Virus record (IMG/VR): IMGVR_UViG_3300006865_000015
Span: 1 to 52,803 of that record
Strand: one strand, 5' to 3'
Source of the DNA: a virus
Taxonomy: Duplodnaviria > Caudoviricetes
Length of the DNA: 52,803 nucleotides
This document shows, in pieces, positions 26,056-34,729 of the stretch (positions are counted from its first letter, which is position 1; every line of letters begins with the position of its first letter). The position numbers and the translations under genes were made by a program. The notes under the pieces were generated by a model. It was not told the DNA's origin, ran no database searches, and saw only the letters and a list, made by a program, of their open reading frames with translations.

Positions 26056-29000
26056 TTACTCCTCAGTGAGTTGTTTCGCCACACCTTGACCGATCGCCGG
26101 GAATGACCCGACAACAGGAAGTGAACGGAAGATTTGTGCCGTGCCCACCCTAGGATTACCATCCGGGCTGGTCACGTTGTAGACACCACGCACTGCGCGG
26201 TCACCCCATGAAAGAACAGGAGACATGTCCTTAGCGCGATCCCACATTCCAGGGTTCTTACGCTCAGGATAGAGTGGGCTGAACAGGTTGGCAACCGCCT
26301 CGCCCTTGCCAAGCAGACCAGCAGAATACACCGTACGTTGCGCTCTGCGGAGTTCATCTCGAATGAACGGGTTGACACCGTCTTCGTAGGCGAGTTCGTC
26401 CTTCAGAGCATCCGCGAAGGCGGCAAACATCAGAGCAGTACCGATGGTCACAAACGCTTGGTAGCGCATTGCGGCTGAACCTTCCTTGATGTAGTTCTTG
26501 TAGAGATTCGGCAGGACGGTGGTAGTCTGAGCAGCCACGAATCGAGTCATTGCAGTGATGATTCGGAAGCGCGGATCGTAGTAGTACTTCGGCAGGTTGT
26601 GTGCCTGCGGGTTGACGATCTTCGAGTCGATAAAGTTAGAGAGGGCACTGAGGATGTTCTCCTGCACATCTCGCTCGGCAGCATCGACATCTTGGGCCTG
26701 CAGCCAGTCCGTAGCAAACAACGCGTTGGACTCTACCTTATGAGCATCAAGGAAATCTAGCACAGCAGGAACATTCATCCCGAACTGTGTCAGCTCCTTG
26801 ACAGCCTGCGCTTGCTCGTTGGTGAGGCCCGTGTAGTAGAGGATCTGCTGCGTGCGCGTTTGTCTCGGTAACTGCGAGAGAATCCCAAGCTTGTGAATGA
26901 AAGAGTCAGAGGCCATTGCAAGAGCAGCCATACGGTTACCGTCTGTAAGAGCCCGGAGACCGATGATCTCGGCAAAGACCTGCATCATCTTCTTCATGTT
27001 GGCATAGGGAAGCTCGTACTTAGCCTGCGTGTTGTAGCTGGTTTCGTTGTAGCCTAGTCTCTCGAATAGGTTCCGGCCGAAGTCGCGCCGCCACATCGTC
27101 TGGATGTCATCTGCCAATGCCTTCACCTTAGCAGGATCTGCATTAGGATTGGTCATCAGAGCATCGTATCTCTTTTGGAGATCTTCCACCTTGGCGTACT
27201 GTGTTTCAGTGTCGTACACATCACGAGCGTAATGTAGACCCAGTGACGCACTGACCATGCCAGTCGTCTTGTTGAAGTCTGCGCGCCACTCTCGCATGAA
27301 CTCCTTCACGGCAATGTGAGTTTGCTGCACCATCTTGTTGCCAGTCGTGCCGAGCATAGCGATAGCCATCTCAGGCAAACTAGAGATTGTGGCTTTAGCC
27401 AGACCAGCAAGCATCGTAGCAGTGGTTCCCCACCCAAGGGCTTTCTCAATCAGGGGGTAGTCCTTCATCGGGTTGTAGTCACCCATCTCAATAGCATACC
27501 ATGCCTTGACTTGTTCGACAGCGTCCTTGTACTCGGCTTCAGAGTCAAACTCACCCGCCTTGTAGGCTTTCTGCAGCAGGTTGGCTAGCACCTTGCCATC
27601 TTCACCGAGAAACACCCTGTTGGCAATACGGCTGGCGATATTCTGCTTGACAGTTTCCATTGCCGCGAAGATGTTGGGCTCGAACAGGTCGTTCAAGTCC
27701 TTGTTGGCATAGACACCAGTCTTACGCAGCATTTCAGCAGCAGGTGCAGCACGTTCAGGATTACCCGACACGATGCCATCGATCGTCTGAATTGCTTGTC
27801 GCTCAGTCAAGCCCTTATCTTTCAAATGAGCAAGTAGTCGAGCGCGATTCTTGTTGATCTGCGACGGACGGACCAGCGCAGACTGCAGCAGGAAGTCTTG
27901 CTCTGCCAACTCAGGCATCTCAATGCCGAAGCGCGCAGCGGTGTTGATCATGTGGGCACGGTTTTGCTCAACAGTGTCTTTCCACTTCTGCAGGATAGCC
28001 GCGTTAGGATAATCCTCCGGCAATGCCTCTCCTTTGATCCAGAAGTCCTGCGCAGCGTCTCGCAACATGTAAGCAGCTTGATAGGTGTTGGTGCCAAGGC
28101 GAGCAGCCAGCTTGTCCAGCGAATCACCGCTCCATGCCCCGAGCAGCCTCTGCTTGAAACCAGAGTAGTTCTCCCCCGGGAGCAGACCAGAGCCAGACAT
28201 GATGGCCTTCAGGATGCCACGGTACTCTCGGAAGGTGCCATCAGGGCGGGCCACATCACGAGTGATCGTACGGGCGAGACCGCGCACAAGGCGAAGCGGA
28301 TCTGAGATGATCGCACGCATTCCACTCCATGTCCCCGGGTCACCTTCAAGGTCAGACAGCTTCGTCTCAGCATGAATGTTGAAGTGTTGTGCAGCTTCAG
28401 CAATCGACTTGAACTGGCGGCCTTCCTCGCGGATACCCTCAGTCTGCATCTTCGTGTTGAACCGATGATTGTCTTCTTGTGCTCGCTTGTTCGTCTGGAT
28501 AGCGTCGATGGCAGAGTGCCACTGCGCAGTGTCATAGAGACCTTCTCCGAGACGGAAAGCACCACCGATGGCACCACCAGCAAGAGCGGCGTTGATGAGT
28601 TCCGTCTCAAAGTCCTTCTCATAGATCAGGTCTTGAAGAGGCTTCCCCTTCGTTGCGAGCATCTCTAACAACGTCTGAGCAGCTTCAGTACTGCCTTCAG
28701 TGAGGGAACCCGCAGCGAGGGCCAGACTCCCCTTTGCAAGGCGATCTACAGAGGAAAGTTCGCGCTTGGCAAATTCTGCGGAGTGCTCCACAACATCAAG
28801 GATCTCCTTGCGAGTAGCATTGAGCAGGAGCTGGTCTGCTTCTGCGGCAGACTTTGCGATCCCACGCTCCACCAGCATAGCAGTAGCTTCTGCCCGACCC
28901 GCTTTGGTGAGGATGTTCGTACCCATCATTCCGTTCAGACCCACACGATCGAGCACTGCGGAAGGAATCCCGTACATCAGCGCCTTCACGCTGTCCTTCT

Positions 29001-30156
29001 TGTCTTCGGGTTGCTCAGCGTAGTACTGGCCAGAGTAGAGAATTGCAGCAGGCATGGCAGCAGCAATTGGTGCGCCGATGCCCGTTGCGCCAACAGCAGT
29101 GGCCACACCGCCACCAGCCACCAGCGCGGCCATCATCGGAAGGCTAGACGCCAAATTGTTCCCAACGTAGAGAGCCGTGTCAGACACCGTAGACCAGGGG
29201 TCTTTAGTGTCAATGTCTTTGTAGCTGGAGAGTGTCGTCGGTAGATCGCGCTGGAGAATCTTCTCCTTGGTCACGATCTTCTGACCTTTCTCAGACAGCC
29301 AGCTCCACTTAGACTCGTCTCCTACCATCTGAAGGATACCACCAAACGACTGGTAGGCAGACGACAAACCCAGGCTCCAACTAGTCTTCAACTGGTTGCG
29401 TGCCTGATTCATGATATTTCGATCAGGCTGGCGGACATAGACGCCCCCAACAGGATCCTGCGTAGTAGCGGCAATCATGAGGTTCTCACGCTCAGTGGCC
29501 AGCTTAGCCTCAGTCTCCGCCTTGATGTGAGCAGGCGCATCTGGATCGTCCATGATCTTTGACAGACGATTAATCTCCTCGATGCTCTTCTGCACGGCTG
29601 CGATGCCGAGGGAGTTCTTGATACCAGCGTACGCGGCTTCATCCGCAACAACTGCCTTCGGGAAGTAAACCTGCGTTTCGCCTTGCGCTTGCTGCTCCTG
29701 CCTGTCTAGCGCCTTCTTGACCACAGGGTTGTGGCCGCGCAGCGAGGGGAACAAGGTGGCTGCAGCACGCATCGCAGCTTGATCACGAACAACAGACAGA
29801 TCTGTGGAAGGCGTAATGTTGGTGATTCCAAGGAGAGTGGCCTGATCGCCTAGGTTGAGGCCACGAGCGTTGACCTGATCTGACAGGGATCGACCATAGG
29901 GGTCCGTTTTGCCAGTTGGTCGCAGATCCGTGAACCCGCCTTGTTGAGCGAGTTCATTGATCAGTTGAGCGGTATCGTCCCCAGACACCTGCCCAGGAAC
30001 GAAGATGCCACCTTGCACTTTGGCAGTCTCAGGGGCATTCAGCCCGGTAAGACGGTGGCGTTTGCCATCCACTTCAACAGTGTCGGCATCAATCTGCTTG
30101 ACACGAGAGGGATCCACGGGCTTACCGTCAATCGTCAAGATAGCGTTGTTACTCAT
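26056..30156 (-). CDS. Large internal virion (ejection) protein with N-terminal SNase-like domain
   Basis: IDADT..RLTGLNAPET..DPYGRSL; Gly/Ala hydrophobic segments; no Cys; GAGAGG RBS supports start at 30156. Confidence 0.75.
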   Translation of the reverse strand: MSNNAILTIDGKPVDPSRVKQIDADTVEVDGKRHRLTGLNAPETAKVQGGIFVPGQVSGDDTAQLINELAQQGGFTDLRPTGKTDPYGRSLSDQVNARGLNLGDQATLLGITNITPSTDLSVVRDQAAMRAAATLFPSLRGHNPVVKKALDRQEQQAQGETQVYFPKAVVADEAAYAGIKNSLGIAAVQKSIEEINRLSKIMDDPDAPAHIKAETEAKLATERENLMIAATTQDPVGGVYVRQPDRNIMNQARNQLKTSWSLGLSSAYQSFGGILQMVGDESKWSWLSEKGQKIVTKEKILQRDLPTTLSSYKDIDTKDPWSTVSDTALYVGNNLASSLPMMAALVAGGGVATAVGATGIGAPIAAAMPAAILYSGQYYAEQPEDKKDSVKALMYGIPSAVLDRVGLNGMMGTNILTKAGRAEATAMLVERGIAKSAAEADQLLLNATRKEILDVVEHSAEFAKRELSSVDRLAKGSLALAAGSLTEGSTEAAQTLLEMLATKGKPLQDLIYEKDFETELINAALAGGAIGGAFRLGEGLYDTAQWHSAIDAIQTNKRAQEDNHRFNTKMQTEGIREEGRQFKSIAEAAQHFNIHAETKLSDLEGDPGTWSGMRAIISDPLRLVRGLARTITRDVARPDGTFREYRGILKAIMSGSGLLPGENYSGFKQRLLGAWSGDSLDKLAARLGTNTYQAAYMLRDAAQDFWIKGEALPEDYPNAAILQKWKDTVEQNRAHMINTAARFGIEMPELAEQDFLLQSALVRPSQINKNRARLLAHLKDKGLTERQAIQTIDGIVSGNPERAAPAAEMLRKTGVYANKDLNDLFEPNIFAAMETVKQNIASRIANRVFLGEDGKVLANLLQKAYKAGEFDSEAEYKDAVEQVKAWYAIEMGDYNPMKDYPLIEKALGWGTTATMLAGLAKATISSLPEMAIAMLGTTGNKMVQQTHIAVKEFMREWRADFNKTTGMVSASLGLHYARDVYDTETQYAKVEDLQKRYDALMTNPNADPAKVKALADDIQTMWRRDFGRNLFERLGYNETSYNTQAKYELPYANMKKMMQVFAEIIGLRALTDGNRMAALAMASDSFIHKLGILSQLPRQTRTQQILYYTGLTNEQAQAVKELTQFGMNVPAVLDFLDAHKVESNALFATDWLQAQDVDAAERDVQENILSALSNFIDSKIVNPQAHNLPKYYYDPRFRIITAMTRFVAAQTTTVLPNLYKNYIKEGSAAMRYQAFVTIGTALMFAAFADALKDELAYEDGVNPFIRDELRRAQRTVYSAGLLGKGEAVANLFSPLYPERKNPGMWDRAKDMSPVLSWGDRAVRGVYNVTSPDGNPRVGTAQIFRSLPVVGSFPAIGQGVAKQLTEE

Positions 30157-30194
30157 GGATGTTCCTCTCATGTCTATAGACCCGCAGCGGGCCG

Positions 30195-32171
30195 TTAGGG
30201 TTTCTTAGTACGACGATCTTCGATCCAGCGTAGAAAGCCGGTCATTCCGATCTTCCCATCTGCTGCACTTTCGTACCGCTCTCGAACAGAAGCAGGGAGC
30301 TTGTCCCACTCTTTGATGATCTCGTCGCTTGCTTGTTGGACGCCGTAGCTAGGATCAGCAACCTTGTTTTCGGCGATCTTCTTGTTGAGCTCATCTACGA
30401 ACTGGGCATGCGCCGCAGCATTGATCTTACCTGTCTTCGTGCGGAACAGGCCCGTGTCGTTAGGACGCAGTGCCATTACAGCATTCAGGAAGAAAGACTT
30501 CCGCAGGGCTTCACCTGCTACAGCACCATCCGCGATTTGATGCGGCTCCAGGCCTGAGATCGTGATCTCTGCCATCTTCGCAAACTGCGCGGGAGTTACA
30601 TGACGACCGAGTTCATACTTCAGAGAAGCGAACTCATGGGCCAGTGCCTTTGACTGAGCGTCGGCATCTTGGATTCGACCCTTGCCGAACATGGTACGAA
30701 GTTTGGCCTCCAGCATCTGCTGAGTGCTCTTCGTTACGTCCTCGTAGTTCTGACGGAATGCAGTCTTGCTCTCGAACTCAGTAGGATCAATGGGGATCCA
30801 CTTGCCATTCTGAGAGACCATTGCCTGCTTACCACCATCCGTATAGGCCATGACAGCGTCTTTGCCTCGCCAGAAGCCAGCTTCGTGGTTGGTGAACTTC
30901 GTGCTGCTATTCGGGTTACTGCCATCGTCCAGGTCCGGAGACGCTGTCAGCAGCATGTTTGCACGGCGATAGAGCTCCCGCGCGGATTCATACTTGCCTT
31001 GGAGTTCCAGAGCTTTCGCCTTGTTCATCCAGTCGATGGCTTGGGCTTGAATCTCAGGTGCCTTCTTGGCAAGAGCCTTGATCGAATCAGAGTCCATTCG
31101 GCGGAGATCGGCCCGAAGTTCCCGTTGCATCTGAGCCTTGGCAGCTTCTTGTGCCTTGCGCTCTGCAGCCTCTTGCGCACGACGAGCATCGCTAGCTCGG
31201 AGGGTCTCCAAGCCAGCGTACCGGAAGGAGCCACCCACAGAGCCACCCGTCAGGAGGCCACCCGTGGCGATGACTGCGAAACGAGCCAGATCCTTCTTGT
31301 CGAAGAGGCCAGTCGGTCCCCAGAGCTCGCTGATGGCGCTCTCCAGGAAAGATCTCCGCTCAGGGGTATCTTCCTGCGTCGGAAACTGCTCACGGTCTTG
31401 TTGCTGAATCACTTGCAGGTGGTTCCGGATATTCGGTTCCTGCAAGGTGGCTTCGATGCGAGCGGCACGTTCCTCGTCGGTGTCAGGAGCATCCACGGTG
31501 ACTTCTGCGACCGGCGACCGCTTCGGAGGATCTACTCGTTCGAGAGGCATCACAGGGGCTTGGCTGTCCTTGACCATGCGGGCTGCCTCCCTCTGTTTGA
31601 CTTGATTGAACTCGCCAACAGAGAGGTTTTCGTTACCGGGCTCGTAGATCGCCTTCATACCAGCACGACGCAGCGCAACATCCGGCCTTAGACCCCGGCT
31701 CGGAGTGCCAGCAGGGAGGGTGGCCACCGGAGTGGGTTCACCAATCGTAGCACCAGGACTGTCTGTGATTGCGCGACTGCGGGCGAGTTCCCCTTCGAGG
31801 ATCTGCCGAACGCGCGGGTCTTTGGTATTCTCCAGCTCGGCTTTGATTGCGATGACATCAGACGCCGCGCGACGGCGGGCGGCAGCACCAGCATCAAGCT
31901 CTTCTTCTTGCTGAATACTACGAACACGAGCGAGTTCTTCTTGAATCAAGATTCGATCTTCAACATTGGTAACGCTACGAAGATCATTCTCAAGCTGCCT
32001 GACTCTGTCCGCATTGGTCGGTTGAGCAGCGGCGTCTGCTTTGATATCAGCAACGACGTTAATACCCGAATTGCGTTGACCCACCTTGTGTCGGCTAGCA
32101 ATGTCAGAGCCCGTACCAGTCGGAACAAGTTGGAACATACCACGGCCTGCCTCTTGGGCTTCCGGGTACAT
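30195..32171 (-). CDS. Internal virion protein (likely C-terminal part of a frameshift fusion)
   Basis: 658 aa, helical, no Cys, no clear RBS; frame stays open upstream through a slippery site. Confidence 0.75.
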   Translation of the reverse strand: MYPEAQEAGRGMFQLVPTGTGSDIASRHKVGQRNSGINVVADIKADAAAQPTNADRVRQLENDLRSVTNVEDRILIQEELARVRSIQQEEELDAGAAARRRAASDVIAIKAELENTKDPRVRQILEGELARSRAITDSPGATIGEPTPVATLPAGTPSRGLRPDVALRRAGMKAIYEPGNENLSVGEFNQVKQREAARMVKDSQAPVMPLERVDPPKRSPVAEVTVDAPDTDEERAARIEATLQEPNIRNHLQVIQQQDREQFPTQEDTPERRSFLESAISELWGPTGLFDKKDLARFAVIATGGLLTGGSVGGSFRYAGLETLRASDARRAQEAAERKAQEAAKAQMQRELRADLRRMDSDSIKALAKKAPEIQAQAIDWMNKAKALELQGKYESARELYRRANMLLTASPDLDDGSNPNSSTKFTNHEAGFWRGKDAVMAYTDGGKQAMVSQNGKWIPIDPTEFESKTAFRQNYEDVTKSTQQMLEAKLRTMFGKGRIQDADAQSKALAHEFASLKYELGRHVTPAQFAKMAEITISGLEPHQIADGAVAGEALRKSFFLNAVMALRPNDTGLFRTKTGKINAAAHAQFVDELNKKIAENKVADPSYGVQQASDEIIKEWDKLPASVRERYESAADGKIGMTGFLRWIEDRRTKKP

Positions 32172-32184
32172 GCGGTTGAATTCT

Positions 32185-32237
32185 GCCCGCGCTGCCTCTT
32201 GCTCAGGGGTCAGCAGCGACGGGCCAACGGGAAAGGG
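32185..32237 (-). promoter_or_regulatory. Putative -1 programmed ribosomal frameshift signal
   Basis: In-frame C CCT TTC heptamer, 6-nt spacer, 11-bp GC-rich stem. Confidence 0.65.
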
Positions 32238-32764
32238 ACAGCGGTCGTCCCATCCGCGTAGCCTGCGGCCTTATCTACTTGCATATTGATCTGCTGGCCG
32301 CGACCCGCGAGCAGGTCTCTTGCCTGTCTTGCAGCCCCCGTGCCAATAGGCACCGCGCTAGGGTTCCCCGTGAAGTGCTGCATCAGACCTTGCAGGGCCT
32401 TGTTGGCTTCACGCCCCTCCTGCACGAGACGAGCGATGATGCCTTGGTTCTTCGGGTCTTGCGCGGCCGGAGCCGGGATGACAGCCTCACCAGGGGTGAG
32501 CATTGCCGGTTGCACATCAGTAGGTTGAGGTGCAGGTGCAGCCAGCGGGGCGCGAGCAGCAGGCAGCGGCGAGCGGGTACCCACACGAGGCTCCACACGT
32601 ACAGGCGCTTCCACGCCATACTTCGCAGCCAGGCCCCTCATCTTCAAGGCGTGCTCTTCTTCTTTCTGACGCATCCTCTGCGCCGCTTCGAGCGATTTGC
32701 GCTCTTGGTCAGCAGCCACAACCCAATCGTTGCGACGTTCTTCACCACTCAGTGGTCCACTCAT
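32210..32764 (-). CDS. Internal virion protein (N-terminal part of the fusion)
   Basis: AAGGAG RBS; PAMLTPGEAVIP and GYADGTTAVP motifs. Confidence 0.75.
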   Translation of the reverse strand: MSGPLSGEERRNDWVVAADQERKSLEAAQRMRQKEEEHALKMRGLAAKYGVEAPVRVEPRVGTRSPLPAARAPLAAPAPQPTDVQPAMLTPGEAVIPAPAAQDPKNQGIIARLVQEGREANKALQGLMQHFTGNPSAVPIGTGAARQARDLLAGRGQQINMQVDKAAGYADGTTAVPFPLARRC

Positions 32765-32775
32765 CTTGGTTCTCC

Positions 32776-33606
32776 TTATGCACCGCCAACTTCGACGTTG
32801 TCATACATCGGGTTGTAAAAAGGTCTGTAAGGGATCTGCATTTTAGGTAACGGTGCCGGTGCTGTGGCTGTCGGCATCACAATAGACGATCGACGCGGTT
32901 GCGCTGCTTGAGCGACACCTGCCAGCGCGGCATCCTTACCGCCAGCCATTGCGTTAGCACGAGCAGGGATCATAGGGATTGCGGCTCGACTCGGTACGCT
33001 CGGTGCATTCACAGCACTAAACAACTCAGGAGCAAAGCGGGCACCAGCAGCGGCGCGAGCAGCAGCCCTATCCACGCCAGAAAGCGGAGCAGGTACGCTC
33101 GTTGTTCCATCAGCAAGGCCAATCAGCTTGGTGGCGTACTTTGCAGCAAGACCCCCTAGAGGGCCAGCTACAGCAGTACCAGCTGCCTGAGCGCCAGCCT
33201 GCACGTACTCTCCTTCAGCGAGGCTTTTCAGCACTCCCGCGAAAGGCACCGCAGTCATGCCAGAAGTGGCAGCTTCTCCGACCGCATCGGTAGCCGCTCC
33301 AGAGGCAACATCCGTAGCTGCCGTGCTCATCGGAACACCATAGCCGACATCACTAAAGAGAGCCGCCTTCGTGGCGGAGTCTTGAGCTACAGAGCCAACG
33401 CTAGCAGCCGAAGGAGCCATCGCCTTGTCAAGCGCCTTCATACCGATGGCTGTGCCCACTTCGCGCATGACCCTCTTGTTGGGATCTTCCGGAAGCATCA
33501 CGTTCTCAGGCATTGAGGGGGCGCTCGCAGCAAGAGGCGCTACAGTATTGCCCAGAGGAGCAGCCGCACGTTGCGGTTGCCAGCCCCAAGGTTTGTTGTA
33601 GTCCAT
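32776..33606 (-). CDS. Ala/Gly-rich internal virion protein
   Basis: Composition, glycine-zipper segment, position. Confidence 0.7.
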   Translation of the reverse strand: MDYNKPWGWQPQRAAAPLGNTVAPLAASAPSMPENVMLPEDPNKRVMREVGTAIGMKALDKAMAPSAASVGSVAQDSATKAALFSDVGYGVPMSTAATDVASGAATDAVGEAATSGMTAVPFAGVLKSLAEGEYVQAGAQAAGTAVAGPLGGLAAKYATKLIGLADGTTSVPAPLSGVDRAAARAAAGARFAPELFSAVNAPSVPSRAAIPMIPARANAMAGGKDAALAGVAQAAQPRRSSIVMPTATAPAPLPKMQIPYRPFYNPMYDNVEVGGA

Positions 33607-34286
33607 TACTTACCCCCTTCCGAAATCGTCTGTTGACGGTTCGGGTTAGCGAACACAGTAGATGCGTAGCGTTGGAGTGCCTGCCAGGGAGCATCCACCT
33701 GCTGCTGCTCGATGTCACGAGCCGTACCACCCAGGTTCTGGAAGCCTTGCACCGCGCTGGTAGTGAGACCAGCCGTTGCGTTGACATTCTGCCCAATGGC
33801 ACCTTCAGCAGCCATCTTGTTGATGAAGTTTTGCTGTGCTGCTTCTTGATCGATCTTGGCAAACTGAGCTGCAGTTGCGGCGTCGTTAGCACCTTGTTGC
33901 ACAGCTTGTCGCGCCGAGCCGAGAGTGCCTGCCGCTCCGTAGTTCTTACCGAGTTCGGCAGTCTTCATGCCAGCTTCGAGGATGGCTGCATCCTTGAGAG
34001 CACCTGTATTGTAGGCACCACTTGTAGCAGTAGCCTTCAAGCGGTCTCGTTGGGCTTCCATGTCCTCGATGCCCATTCCGGTAACGCCAGCGATCTGCCG
34101 TGCGCCAGAGCCCATAGCAGCTTGAAGCAGCGGATTCACACCAGCGACGTTGTCTAGCTCGCCAGTGTCGTAGAGGTCTCCAGCCTCCCGCATGGCGCCT
34201 TCAATGTAGGGGCGCATCCATGCAGGGATCGACTCAGTGGTCTTGGAGCCACCACCGCCCCCTCGGCGGATCTTGATATTGTTCAT
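33606..34286 (-). CDS. DNA pilot/ejection protein
   Basis: GGGGGSKTTESIPAWMRPY N-terminus, GTLGSARQ, C-terminal GGK. Confidence 0.7.
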   Translation of the reverse strand: MNNIKIRRGGGGGSKTTESIPAWMRPYIEGAMREAGDLYDTGELDNVAGVNPLLQAAMGSGARQIAGVTGMGIEDMEAQRDRLKATATSGAYNTGALKDAAILEAGMKTAELGKNYGAAGTLGSARQAVQQGANDAATAAQFAKIDQEAAQQNFINKMAAEGAIGQNVNATAGLTTSAVQGFQNLGGTARDIEQQQVDAPWQALQRYASTVFANPNRQQTISEGGK

Positions 34287-34288
34287 GT

Positions 34289-34720
34289 TCAGGTGACTCC
34301 TTGAGGTAGGTCTTTGCGCATCACTTGGTAGACGGGTCTGTAGCCGGGGATCAGCTTAGGCAGTACCTTCGCCCAACCGGGTCTCCCCCACTGCTCCACA
34401 GCGATGGCACCTGCCTTGCTGGCAAAGCCTTCAACGTAGGAGTGAAGATGTGCCCACTCAGCGAAAGAAACGCCAGCGCATCCAACAATGTGTAATGTCT
34501 TATGCGTGTTGTAGTTGAGGAACTGCGTCAGGCAGACGCCAACAAGCTGGTCGGCGTCATCTGTGATCGCCCACAGCTGCGCTTCCAGAGCCATCAACCT
34601 GCGAAGATACTCAGCCAGCTTAGTCTCACCGCAGCCATGGTCCAATGCCTTATTGAGCAGAGGAACATAGTTCCCCCAGGTTAGGACAAGCTCGTCTGGC
34701 ATTACGATTCGTGTCTTCAT
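34289..34720 (-). CDS. GNAT-like virion assembly protein (T7 gp13-like position)
   Basis: LHIVGCAG..WGRPGWAKVL. Confidence 0.6.
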   Translation of the reverse strand: MKTRIVMPDELVLTWGNYVPLLNKALDHGCGETKLAEYLRRLMALEAQLWAITDDADQLVGVCLTQFLNYNTHKTLHIVGCAGVSFAEWAHLHSYVEGFASKAGAIAVEQWGRPGWAKVLPKLIPGYRPVYQVMRKDLPQGVT

Positions 34721-34729
34721 GGAGAGTCC

